This document shows positions 21,667 to 32,369 of a stretch of DNA of 64,000 bases, piece by piece (within the stretch, counting starts at the first letter, position 1; every line of letters starts with the position of its first letter). The notes under the pieces are model-generated. The model saw only the letters and a list, made by a program, of their open reading frames with translations. It had not been told where the DNA came from and ran no database searches. The DNA comes from Paramoeba atlantica (taxonomy: Eukaryota; Protista; Discosea). The stretch covers positions 1 to 64,000 of the forward strand of contig CDRNVI010000007.1 in the NCBI GenBank assembly GCA_977017575.1. The letters are read 5' to 3'. Position numbers and translations under genes: made by a program.

Positions 21667-22210
21667 ACTAATATAGGGACCGGAAGGTGTCTCCATAGAG
21701 AACGCGCATACGCATGTTGACTGGTATGTTATTTTACTTTAAAAGGGTTTTGCTGTTTCCTCAACAAAAAGCCCACTAATAAGGAAACATTGAAGGGGAT
21801 GCAGACAGTATCAGGAGGTTGCTGACAAAAGGTGCCAGACAGTGGCGAACGGTGGCGGTCAGTGGTAAATGGCGTGGGTATTTTTTGAGGTCGTCGAAAG
21901 GCCACTTGCACTCTGGCCATTGACTCTCGCCATTGACTAATGTGCGCTGTTTCATGACCAAACATTCAGTGGACCTACCGCCGCAGCGCGGGTGACACAC
22001 ACTCCTTGAATTGCCGATAGGAAACGCACCAAAACAAAGTGACGTATTTTTTAGCAAAAGGTTCGTTTTCTTTCTTATTGATTTCTTTTCACTGTAAATG
22101 AGCGAAAGCAGAAAAGAAAAATGTAATTCTCTCTGAAGGAAAATCTTAATGACGCAAACACTCTACAACACTGTAGTTCTATAACGTAGTACAATAATTT
22201 AAGCGATACC

Positions 22211-23167
22211 ATGAATGTCACACTGGAACATAATTCAAATTCCACCCAACACAAACGAGCTGTTTCCCTACGAAATCCTATCCAGAGAATTCGTGAAAGA
22301 CTTGCCGCCACCCCACAGGTACGAGATCTCGTGCCTGGTAAATATGAGCGCTACGGTCACGTGCTAATTGTGCCTTGGAAGTGTCAGGACGCTTTCCCAT
22401 GCACGCTGGGATCGGCTCTTGCCCACGAACTACACGTGGATTGTATCCTCCAAGCTGCACCCTCCGCAGGCGATCTACGAGTGCCATTGAACAGTCGAAT
22501 CTTATGGATTTCACCGGAAGTTATTTCAAAATCTCCAGCTGTGACTCATCATGAGGAAGATGGCATTTGCTACGCGTTTGATGCTTCCAAGATTATGTTC
22601 TCAAGTGGAAATATTAAGGAACGTACTCGCTTTGGCAGAGACGTGAGAGCTGCCGCTGAGCGCGTGTTGGACATGTTTGCCGGCATTGGCTACTTTTCTC
22701 TTCCCTTGGCTGCGGGAAGATCGAGGTCGGGTACACGGTCAAAGCCAGAAAAGCCCGAGCTTCTGGTTGCGATAGAAAAGAATCCCGATAGTTTTCAATA
22801 TCTAAAACAGAACTTTGAGAAATATCGAAAGCGCGCATGCGCACATATTCTGCTTTTGGGCGACAACCGTCGCGTTGGCGACGAATATCGTCATACATTT
22901 CATCGAATCCTAATGGGATTTCTTCCCGACACGAGAAGATTTTTATCTCGTGCACTGGAATTTGCCAACGAATCGAGTGGTTCTTCAACCCCACGTTGCG
23001 TTATTCACTATCACTTTTTAAGCCATGCAAACAGATCCCCGCAGGACACTTTGGACGATGAGTTTTCTCCTCACACTTCGGGGGCACATTCCATCATGCA
23101 AATCAGAAAAATTAAATCCTTTTCACCGCTATTGTACCACATGGTAGCGGATGTCGCACTTCTCTAA
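22211..23167 (+). CDS. TYW2: tRNA wybutosine-synthesizing protein 2 (Trm12/Met-10+ like)
   Basis: FDASKIMFSSGNIKER, VLDMFAGIGYFSLP, AIEKNP, GDNR and RILMG motifs. Confidence 0.85.
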   Translation: MNVTLEHNSNSTQHKRAVSLRNPIQRIRERLAATPQVRDLVPGKYERYGHVLIVPWKCQDAFPCTLGSALAHELHVDCILQAAPSAGDLRVPLNSRILWISPEVISKSPAVTHHEEDGICYAFDASKIMFSSGNIKERTRFGRDVRAAAERVLDMFAGIGYFSLPLAAGRSRSGTRSKPEKPELLVAIEKNPDSFQYLKQNFEKYRKRACAHILLLGDNRRVGDEYRHTFHRILMGFLPDTRRFLSRALEFANESSGSSTPRCVIHYHFLSHANRSPQDTLDDEFSPHTSGAHSIMQIRKIKSFSPLLYHMVADVALL

Positions 23168-23453
23168 TCTAAAGAAGAAGACACCCAATAGTGATCTGAG
23201 AAAAAAACTGGAACACCATTATGAAGACAATAATCTTTCTTCAAGAATATCTTGTTACAAAATTCTCAGCTTGAGCATCTTTTTTATGGTATTTTATTGC
23301 GGGGGTTGTTTACAACCTCTGCCTCTCTCTTCTTTATGGTGTCCGGAGTAGGGTGGATCCAGCAGGGTGAGAAAAGGGGGTCCAGCCCCCCCCTCCTATC
23401 CTCGATTTGGGCACAAATCATGGTGCCTAAAAACGTAGGTCCCGGGACTTGAA

Positions 23454-23524
23454 CCCAGGTAGTCCAGTTGGTAAGACCTGCCATTCATAATCTGGTGGTC
23501 GCAGGTTCGATTCCCGGCAGTGAT
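23454..23524 (+). tRNA. Degenerate tRNA-Met(CAT)-like sequence, probably a pseudogene
   Basis: D-loop-like TAGTCCAGTTGGTAAGAC, TTCATAA anticodon loop (CAT at 23486-23488) and GGTTCGATTCC T-loop; anticodon and acceptor stems pair poorly. Confidence 0.4.
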
Positions 23525-24116
23525 ATTTTCAGCCATACGCGGCGTCGTTAGTGGGAAGAAATTTGCGGAGCCCGTTTACCAACAACCACCGCTTTTTTAC
23601 GAAGCAGCTAGCACACCGACATTGGAGATTCTGCCACACCGAAAAAAACATTTTTTTTTCGCATTCCGTACAATAAAGCTGCGGAAGAGAATCTTGCTCA
23701 GACATAGCTACAGAGGAGGAAATCATGATACGGAGCTTGGTCGGAAAATTATTTTTTATTCTTTTGTATTCAGAAACGTAATCTCAAAGAGTACTAATTT
23801 CAAAAATGTAGATTAAAGGAAGATTTTTTGAAAATAATTTACCCAGTGCAACCTGTGTTACCCAGTGTTACCCATAGAAACTTTTAAAAAGGCGAACTTG
23901 CAGAAGCTCCATTGTAAGGTAGGATGACTGTAAATATTGTATGAGAATAGAGCTGCATGATGTTTCACCTTATAATTCGCTGTATAGAAACTGTAGAAAA
24001 TTATTTGATAGCATGAAATCTACAATTTCTGTTCTCTCGATGATATGCAGGCTATGAGTTTTACTTACCAAATTGTATATTCGCGCTACACGTTTTTGTT
24101 TGAGTGAACGTTCACG

Positions 24117-25031
24117 ATGACGCAGTTCTACAATAGGCTGCTTTTTGCTAGCACAGCAGGATCATGTTGCCTTGCAAGCCTGATTCAACATCAATTCTGG
24201 GGAACTGTATTTTGTAGAGAAAAGGAAGGGAAAAATGTTGAGGACCTGCCGGGAAAGGAATATAACGTTGTCTCCAGTGAAAGATTCACCACTTGCCCCG
24301 TTAAACGCACTATTTATGAAACATCAGAAGTAAAGAGAATCACTCTTGAGTGCTTGCTTCCGGATGTGAAATCTTCGGAATCGCCATCCTACTCTGAGAT
24401 AATAGTGAAAGACTTAGAAGGGAATGAGGAATACTATCCTGCAGTAAAATCAGTATACTCCCCGGAAAGCAATGGCAATGATTTCGACGTTCTTGTCCGG
24501 AGAAGAAAATCTTCTCCTAATTCCATTTTTTTGCATTGCTTGCGCCCCACAGAAGATATCTCTGTCAAGGGACCGATAAGAACAAAAGTGGGTGACTTCG
24601 AGCACATTCAGTTGTTATTTGTTGTTAATGGATCAATGGCCATGGCTTACGCATTTGATATACTAACACAGCAAATCAATTATTACTGGAAGTGCAGCCG
24701 ACCTTTAGAAATTCATCTCTTGTATGCAGCGAAAACAACTTCAGATCTTGCTTTGCTTAAAGAACTAATATCCTTGCAAAAACGTATTGCTCTTCAGTCG
24801 AACATTAGTTTTTCCTCACATTTGACCGTAGAAAATGCAATATCGAAGTGGGCTGGTGGCTATGGTGCAATAGACAATAATCTGCTTTCGCTATTTCATG
24901 ACAGTAATAAATTTGGAGACGGAAAAGGTGCGTATTTACTAGGAAATAGTAAGTTTTGTTCCGATGCGCACCGCTTTCTGAATATGGAAAGAAATTGGGC
25001 ACAAGAAACCATTTTTTCGATTACCATTTAA
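24117..25031 (+). CDS. Cytochrome b5 reductase-like FAD/NAD-binding oxidoreductase (divergent)
   Basis: Topology: N-terminal anchor, ISVKGP, LLFVVNGSMAM, IHLLYAAKTTSDL..KEL and GGYGAID; the canonical motifs are degenerate. Confidence 0.55.
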   Translation: MTQFYNRLLFASTAGSCCLASLIQHQFWGTVFCREKEGKNVEDLPGKEYNVVSSERFTTCPVKRTIYETSEVKRITLECLLPDVKSSESPSYSEIIVKDLEGNEEYYPAVKSVYSPESNGNDFDVLVRRRKSSPNSIFLHCLRPTEDISVKGPIRTKVGDFEHIQLLFVVNGSMAMAYAFDILTQQINYYWKCSRPLEIHLLYAAKTTSDLALLKELISLQKRIALQSNISFSSHLTVENAISKWAGGYGAIDNNLLSLFHDSNKFGDGKGAYLLGNSKFCSDAHRFLNMERNWAQETIFSITI

Positions 25032-25316
25032 AAAGCCAGAATACGAGCTACACTGGCTCAACCTTCGTGTACCGTCCAAGGACTGCGAAGCTAGAGGCCC
25101 AGGGCCTTGAGTCTTCGGACATTTTCGAGAATTGATATTCTTTACGCTACTTGTGCATAGACTTAACGTCACTTTTTTGAGAAAAGCTATATATGATTTG
25201 GGTATTGAATACAGTACAACGAGAGAATTTTCTTTTGTCAATGAACTAATTTAATAGATGATAAAAATAGATATGCATTTCGACTATTTACTTTGGTGTT
25301 TCTCTCTTTCTTCCCT

Positions 25317-25991
25317 ATGGCCTCTCGTGCACATGCGCGCCCAGAAAAGTCTCCTATCTCACCGCTTGCTTTGGATATTGCGAACCTCTACATGAAGTCT
25401 TTTGAGATTAATGAAGGTGAATGTTTGCTACGAAATCTTGTGAGCGAGCTTGAGCGAGGGGGGTTTATCTCAGTACATTTAGCCCTTTATCGCCCTGAAA
25501 ATTTTGATGCAGTTTACGCCCAAATTCCTCATGCATCACATGAGTGTCCCCAGCATATTTGCGCAACACACAATGAATTCCTGCAGATTGTGTATTCTCA
25601 CATTATTGGATATTTTACCCTTACAAACTGGAAGACGAATCCGAAATGTTGGACCTTTGCTCTCACCTTACTTTTGGCGATTTACACTACGATACCAACG
25701 CCTAAGGTATTCTCAAGCAGCACTCTTAACTTACTGCGCAACAAGATTCCTCTGACGCCTCACATCGTTCGTCAATTGAGGCATTTTTTGGATGCATGTT
25801 TGAAAAGCGAGAACTCCGAATTGAACCGAAGGCTATCCCGTTGCGCTAAACTCCACACAGCTCAAGTTCTCCTAGAAATACATGAATTACATGCCGTTCG
25901 TCTTTGTCCTGAAACACAGGCGTGGTATGCGATTGAAATGTTGCGCGCTCACCACAAAATATCGGCACTGAAACCACTGTCCCCGGGATAA
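25317..25991 (+). CDS. Hypothetical protein
   Basis: ORF on the host strand; first ATG at 25317 follows a pyrimidine tract. Confidence 0.45.
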   Translation: MASRAHARPEKSPISPLALDIANLYMKSFEINEGECLLRNLVSELERGGFISVHLALYRPENFDAVYAQIPHASHECPQHICATHNEFLQIVYSHIIGYFTLTNWKTNPKCWTFALTLLLAIYTTIPTPKVFSSSTLNLLRNKIPLTPHIVRQLRHFLDACLKSENSELNRRLSRCAKLHTAQVLLEIHELHAVRLCPETQAWYAIEMLRAHHKISALKPLSPG

Positions 25992-26381
25992 ATTTACGGC
26001 TGTATATTTAGTGAAATCGTATTAGCTTCACGGCTCTTTCTACAAACTCATCTACAAGCTCACAATCGTTTCCGAAGTAAAACACATCTTTTCAATTCAA
26101 TTTCATACCTGGCGAGCTGGCACAACTGTTTGCTTCGGTAGCATTCTGTGGTTTGTCGGACCATGTGGGGTCTTCACGCCTTGCGATGACGTAGCTTCCG
26201 AAGATTGCGCTTCGGAACATGTGTTGTAGGCAAGAAGTCAGAGGGTGTCTAGATAATAGAGCCTTGATGTGAAGCATTGTTTCGCATCTTTTTAAAATAA
26301 TACTCGCATCGCGTTCCAAGTTATTTAAGCATTCTGAGCATAATGAGTCTTCTCAGAGTATCATTTTAGATTAGATAAATA

Positions 26382-26844
26382 CTGTGCCCCCCCCACTTAT
26401 TCCTCATAGTCCCCCCCCCCCTCCCCACGTATTTGTCCTTTTCGACGAGACTGGGCAGGAGGCGCCGCGAAGCGGCGCCGGATTTTTTTTTTGTTGGGGG
26501 GGGCTCAATTTTTTCCCTACGAACCTCATACATACAGTATATCAGAGCCCTACGTAAGTTTGTATTTATATGTTGTCTGCTTCAAAATTTTGATATCACA
26601 ATACCTAGCTAGGTTTCTAACTTTTTTTGGGTTCCTTCCATTGTATGGATAATAGTTATTCACCCCCACCCCCACTCCCTTCTCCCCTCACTACGAACAG
26701 TTCAGTCATTCCCCACCGCCATCCCAGTCGTCTCAATGAAAAAAGTTTGGGACCTTTGTTTCATATAACCAAACAAGTTGACCCCCCCACTTAATTGTCT
26801 TTTTTTCGAAAAATTGGTGACAAATAAGTGGGGCGGGGGCACAA
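26382..26844. mobile_element. MITE family F
   Basis: TA then CTGTGCCCCCCCCCACTTATT...GACAAATAAGTGGGGCGGGGGCACAA then TA; internal hairpin at 26461-26479. Confidence 0.75.
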
Positions 26845-26846
26845 TA

Positions 26847-27133
26847 CTATCCCCCCCTATTTAACGGGGCTCCGATTTTGGACAAAATGTCCTGTTAAAG
26901 GGGGGGTACATAGAAAAAGATGTGAATAAAAATTCGGCGCCGCTTCGCGGCCCCTTTTTTGTCGTTGCTAAACAAAGTCTTTTGATGCATTTTTTGATGT
27001 TGGGGTAGCTATTAAAGTGGTGATTCGACAAATTTTTCTCTACTTCCCGGAAATACTTTTTGGCTTTCTAGACTAGAAGGTCCTATTAAAGGGAGGGGAC
27101 GTCGCGCATAGCCCTATTAAATAGGGGGGGTAG
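26847..27133. mobile_element. MITE family G
   Basis: TIR CTATCCCCCCCTATTTAA / TTAAATAGGGGGGGTAG; homologous ends at 40688..40991; reversed hairpin at 26939-26951. Confidence 0.75.
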
Positions 27134-27201
27134 TGATACATTCAGCTTATACCAAAAATGAATTAGAAAGAATGGTGTTTGGAGCAATCTGAATATTTCT
27201 C

Positions 27202-27546
27202 ATGAGACAAATATTTATGTCTACCATGGCCAACAAACTAACAAAAGAGAACGCAATAATCTGTACTACATTCGCTTGTGCGGGGTCATCTAGTTTGCTG
27301 GTTGCTCGTCCGATTATGGACTATTTCCGTCGTTCGAAAAGCCTCGAAGCTTACATTCCCAATGATACACTCCTTCATGGGCCAAATGCATATCGAATGA
27401 TGTACGTCCTGGTAATGTCGCCTACATATTCGGTCGTTCTTCTCTTTTTCGGAAACTTATTTGGTCGTGGAGCATATTTTAATAAATTCGTGTACAAAAT
27501 GTGGTCACGATTTCTCCCCAGACGCGCACTGAATCGGTTTTGTTAA
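27202..27546 (+). CDS. Small two-helix membrane protein, DUF6787-like
   Basis: FACAGSSS..VARP and YVLVMSPTYSVVLLFFGNLFGRGAYF..F..KM..RF resemble a Bacteroidota-type family (from memory). Confidence 0.5.
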   Translation: MRQIFMSTMANKLTKENAIICTTFACAGSSSLLVARPIMDYFRRSKSLEAYIPNDTLLHGPNAYRMMYVLVMSPTYSVVLLFFGNLFGRGAYFNKFVYKMWSRFLPRRALNRFC

Positions 27547-27928
27547 TGCAGCGTACATCATAGTTCACCCCACTTTCCTCTGAAATGTGCCTGAAAAGTT
27601 GGTCCATATTTGTCTTGATCTAAACAGTTTGAATACTCTATCCTTGTGATCGCCTAAATTGAAGTAAAATAACGGCTTCCTGAATGATCACACTTGGGTT
27701 GAAGTTCTTTACGACATAATAAATTGACATGCAGTGACCCTCCTTTTATATTCACCCCCCCGATCAATACATATAAATAGAGGCAATTTCGTGTGGTCCA
27801 AACTTGAAAAATCAAAAATGGGGAGGGGACCACGCACGATCATTCGCTTGAAATACAAAAAAAAGATATAAATTTCGTTTTAAGATTTTTTTTAGAAAAA
27901 AATTGTAGTAATTTACCTATTTTAAGAA

Positions 27929-28030
27929 GGTGACTGATAACTAGGGGGGATAGTCGACAAAAAAATCGAAGCCCCAAAAAGTGACAGATAACTAGTGGGG
28001 GTGACGTGTGACAGATAACTAGGGTACAGT
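27929..28030. repeat. Three tandem right-end motifs of MITE family B
   Basis: gtgac(a/t)gataactag(g)n three times; the inverse ctgtacccccccctagttatctgtcac is at 55974. Confidence 0.6.
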
Positions 28031-28085
28031 ATTATTACTGTACCCCCCCTGTTTATAATAGCCAAGACCCGTCCCCCCCTTTATA

Positions 28086-29639
28086 CAGGGGGGTGCACGA
28101 AAATATGGGGGGGGGTCAAAATTCTTATAACTTGGCCAATTTTGGAAAATAATAGCGCATTCGAGAGCTCTCGCAGAGTTACGTGTCATGTGATAATGCG
28201 TTTCCCGAATTTTTTAATTTTTTGAAAAAAATTAAAAAAATCATGATTTTTCAAAGTGCAGAATTCTGCAGTTTTTTGAATAAAATACTTTTTTTTGTGA
28301 ATTTACTGACTTTTTTGATCCTAATACACTACCATGCCCCAGAAAAGGTCATATTCGAATAAAAAAAGGTTCAGAAACGGAGTAGATTTTGCTATTCGCC
28401 TCGTGGGCAACTTAAAGCATCTCATAGGATACTTTTGGTTAAAAATTAATTCTTTTTCAGCTGTCGCCAAGGCGTTTAGGTGTCACGAGGACACTGTCAA
28501 GCGTTGGGTGCAGCGTTACGAAGCGACTGGTGAGGTCGATAGGTCTCCCTATAAAACTCGCCAATCTCCTGTAATATCTGACCCTCTGTTGAAGCGAGCA
28601 CTCAATCTTATTGATCAAGCAACAAGGAATGAAACCTATGGTATCGCTTCTTGGGGTCACCTTCTGAACCTTCTTGTAGGAGAGGGTTTCAGCTCCCGTC
28701 GCGCTCTGATACATTCCCTCAAGAAGGAGGGTATCATATCCCGCACAGTCCCCCGAAACCCTGCACTCACAAAGGTGCACAAAAGGAAACGAGTAGAGCT
28801 ATGCCAGGAGTTGGCAACATGGACCCCTGCTCAGCTTGAGGCTATCGTCTGGACAGACGAGAAAAAATTTACTTGCGGGGGCAGACGCAAAATTACCTAC
28901 CTTTGCCGTCGTTCAGACCCCCCAAAGGAGCACGCCGGTGAGCGGGAAAGGTGGTTGGGGGGTGATGGTATTATGGTGTGGATGGGGGTCAGCATTAAGC
29001 ACGGTTTCTTTTTTCATGAATTCCCTAATAAAGATCAACAGGGTAATAAAATTTCAGTGAATGGGGACCTTTTCAAAAAAACTATGCTACAACGTAACGG
29101 TTTCTTATCTTTTTTACGAAGACATCGGGGGGCAGTCGTTGCGATGGATAATTGTACAATTCACAATAGCACTCTTCGTGCCTTTAATGATGAAGGAGTG
29201 AAGATGTTGTGTTGGACACCCAAATCCCTAGATTTAAACCCAATAGAAAACATTTGGGGAATAATGGACGAGCATAAAAACGCGCTTTGTCCAACGAATC
29301 GTGAAGATTTGAGACGAGCGATCGCTTCTGGGGTCGAAAAATTAAAGGGGGAGCAATACGATGTATTTTTGAGAACTTTAAAGAGTGTTCCAACGCGTGT
29401 GAAAATTGTGTTGGAGAAAAAAGGTGGAAATTGTGGATACTAACTTTTTTTTTACCAGAAAAAAAACTTGCAGTTGCCCTATTTACGGTATTCAGTAGAA
29501 TGCATATACCTGGAAACTACGTAAAACGTAATATCACATGACACGTAACTCTGCGAGAGCTCTCGAATGCGCTATTATTTTCCAAAATTGGCCGAGCTAT
29601 AAGAATTTTGACCCCCCAATATTTTCGTGCACCCCCCTG
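28086..29639 (+). mobile_element. Tc1-like DNA transposon, ~118-bp TIRs, TA target duplication
   Basis: TA then CAGGGGGGTGCACGAAAATA...TATTTTCGTGCACCCCCCTG then TA; TIRs 28086-28203 and 29524-29639 are near-identical. Confidence 0.95.
28334..29443 (+). CDS. Tc1-family transposase (DD32E)
   Basis: HTH region; IVWTDEKKF, AMDNCTIH and SLDLNPIENIWG motifs. Confidence 0.95.
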   Translation: MPQKRSYSNKKRFRNGVDFAIRLVGNLKHLIGYFWLKINSFSAVAKAFRCHEDTVKRWVQRYEATGEVDRSPYKTRQSPVISDPLLKRALNLIDQATRNETYGIASWGHLLNLLVGEGFSSRRALIHSLKKEGIISRTVPRNPALTKVHKRKRVELCQELATWTPAQLEAIVWTDEKKFTCGGRRKITYLCRRSDPPKEHAGERERWLGGDGIMVWMGVSIKHGFFFHEFPNKDQQGNKISVNGDLFKKTMLQRNGFLSFLRRHRGAVVAMDNCTIHNSTLRAFNDEGVKMLCWTPKSLDLNPIENIWGIMDEHKNALCPTNREDLRRAIASGVEKLKGEQYDVFLRTLKSVPTRVKIVLEKKGGNCGY

Positions 29640-31830
29640 TAGGTTCATTTTTTGGGCAAACCGAGCAATTTTTTTATTTTTCTTGCGCCGTCTTAAATAT
29701 TTTGATATTTTCACATGGTTCTTCGAGGTATCGCGCGGGGCCGTGTTGGTCATTTTACTTTGGAAGAGTGCCGGGGCCCACTTAGCGATTGGATAATTAT
29801 TGGTTCCTCGCTCCCAAATGTAGGGCGATTTCTGTGCCAACTTTTAATCGCCCCCCCCCCCCCTTTATAGGTTCACTTGGGCAAAAGCGAGGCTATTATA
29901 AACGGGAGGGGTACAGTAACTAGGGTACAGTAACTAGGGTACAGTACTGAGGGAAATACTACTCCCTCGCTACCGTATATTAATTGTTTGTCAGAAATTT
30001 CGCCGTTGTTTTGCCTGAATTTTGCCCTCACGTGGCCCGAGAGTGGCCAACTTTAACAACTTTACCCTTTCCGGGGAGGGTGCGGTCCCTCCTCACACCT
30101 TACCATCGTCACTGCATGTGATTCATTGTTGTCCATCGTGGGTTGGAAATATGATCCACGTCAAGCTTCCCTAGACTCAGACACCATCGCTACTCAGATG
30201 TTCATTCGCGGAAATTTGGAGGTCTTAACTCGGGGGCGTGGGCGGGAACAATCGCGCTGCGAAATTGAGCCGGACGATTAAGTACGGCCCGATGCGTTGT
30301 GATCAAAAGAATGTCAGACGGGAGACTAATACAGTGTACTCTTCCCTCTTAGACTTGTTAGTGCAAACCGTTATAAAATTTATGTTGAAGAGCATTAAAT
30401 CTTTAAACCAAATCTCTACTTGTATGAGCGCGATTTTAATATCATTTTAATTGACCACCGTAAAGATGGTCATAGGTCAGGGATATTGCCTATCTTTTGG
30501 CAATGCTGGGGCTTAGCGACCCTCACCTTCCCAGCCAAGTCCACATCAACCTTTTTAATTATTTTTTTTGTATTCACCGTATCTAAGTTTTTCTGTGGTT
30601 TTCACTTAGTGTCTTGCAAACCCTCTATAGGTATTCCAATTTCCGCGCGCTTCTATCTTCAAGTGATCCGTTTCAAATCAAGTACTATACATCACACTTT
30701 CTGTTTTAAGTTGAGCACATATCATATTGTTCTTTATCACATACATCGCATAATTATCGAATTCGTTCATGATCCAGTGTCGCACAACCTTGACAGAAAG
30801 AGAATACGTCGGCGAATTCTTCCGACGTGGTTACATCCTGAAGAAAAAAGTCACCTTAATTGAGTACTAAACCATTAGTATTAATGATAATCATCAGATT
30901 CAGTTAACGGTCAAGGTTATTATGGCGATCAAGGTGCAAATTAAGTGTTGCGAATACGAAGCACAGACACCGGCATCTAGCCCAGTGATTTATCGGCCTG
31001 GAAGTACTACAATAAAGGCATGTGCATAAAGTGTACTCAAGTGCGAAAGTATATTCGTCACAGCATAATACGGCAGAAGATGTAGTAATGTTCAATTCAA
31101 ATGTAGTAATTTACTACACCAATTACTCATGTAGTAAATTACTACAAATTGAATCCATGGTATGTTGGTCGCCAAAGATTCTGTTCACTTTTTCCCGAAA
31201 TTTGGCCCGGACCTGGTCCCTTTTTTTGCCGTTTTTTTTTTGTAAAAACAAATATACTTGTTTTCAAGTTAGGGGAAGTGGTAGCACACGACTCGGAGAT
31301 GATAATACAACTCTGCTCTGTACTCTCAGGTGGTGTCCCACAAAATTACAAACAATTTTGCGGGGATCAAATTTTTTTTTTTTGACCGAAAAAAAGTAAA
31401 AAAAAATATTTTTTCAAAATAGATTGCCAAACAGTAGTCTGAGAGCTTGGAAGCCCAGGTACCATTATATGACGTTTTTTCGATGAGATACCTAAACAAC
31501 CCCTACTGGTAAAGAATTCAAGATCCTAGGTCAAAACACAGGGAAATCTAATATTCTTGGGCGAAAAATGGTGTTGGCCCCGGGGAGCAGAATTATTGTT
31601 TTGAGAGTTTAGGACCTGTTATACCTGTATACGCTTTGGTTTCATTCGATACGTCTCGACCCTGTGCTACACGCGAGGTCGAAGAGGAAGGAGAAGGCGC
31701 AAGGCAAAAAGGCAGAAGGCGGAGCCTTCTGTCCTTTTGCCGCAGCGACGAAGACTTCCTCGCGTGGGAAGCTGTTTTGAGCCTGGTTTTTAGACTGGTT
31801 CCCCGTTACAGTTTTGTGGTGGTTAATTTG

Positions 31831-32025
31831 AATAACCCAGGCTAAAGTGGACGAGGGGGATACCAAAACCCCTTTGGAAAACTACCACAAAACTAGGACG
31901 GTATCTCCCGTTATAGATCCTTTTTGTCACATCAGAATGCTCTACAAACCGGGAGATACCGTAACAGTTTTGTGGTAGTTTTCCAAAAGGGCTTTAGTAT
32001 CTCCCTCGTCCACTTACTGGGTTAT
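31831..32025. mobile_element. Foldback MITE with ~75-bp arms
   Basis: aataacccagg..aagtggacgagggggata..ttggaaaactaccacaaaact..acggtatctcccg is mirrored at about 31950-32025. Confidence 0.8.
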
Positions 32026-32369
32026 TTCTTCCACTCCTGGGTTATTTCTTAAGAGCACTATAACATTACATGTACCTTCTAACCGTTTTTCTCTACCAGA
32101 TGGGGCTACTCACACATCAAACAAACTAAGCAGCATCGTTAGTAGTGTCAAAAAGTGACTCAACCTTGTACAAAGCCTGTATTAAGCAAAGTGGTGAAAA
32201 GGTGAAAAATGGTAAACGACACCCACCAGGTGCAGTTGCTCAGCATTTGCACCAAGTGTGTGTCTACAAGAAATTGGAGACTGAGATCTGCAAAATGCTA
32301 CGAGAATTAGATAAAACGGCCTCATATGCCAAAAATTAGCCTATGGTCATTTATCGTGACGGGGGGTTT

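Larger units (their letters stand above)
28038..29916. mobile_element. MITE family H hosting the Tc1 element
   Basis: TA then CTGTACCCCCCCTGTTTATAATAGCC ... GGCTATTATAAACGGGAGGGGTACAG then TA. Confidence 0.8.

Noticed and set aside
30420-31100. Short ORFs and possible decayed coding sequence
   Set aside because: Multiple stops in the minus frames and no family recognised
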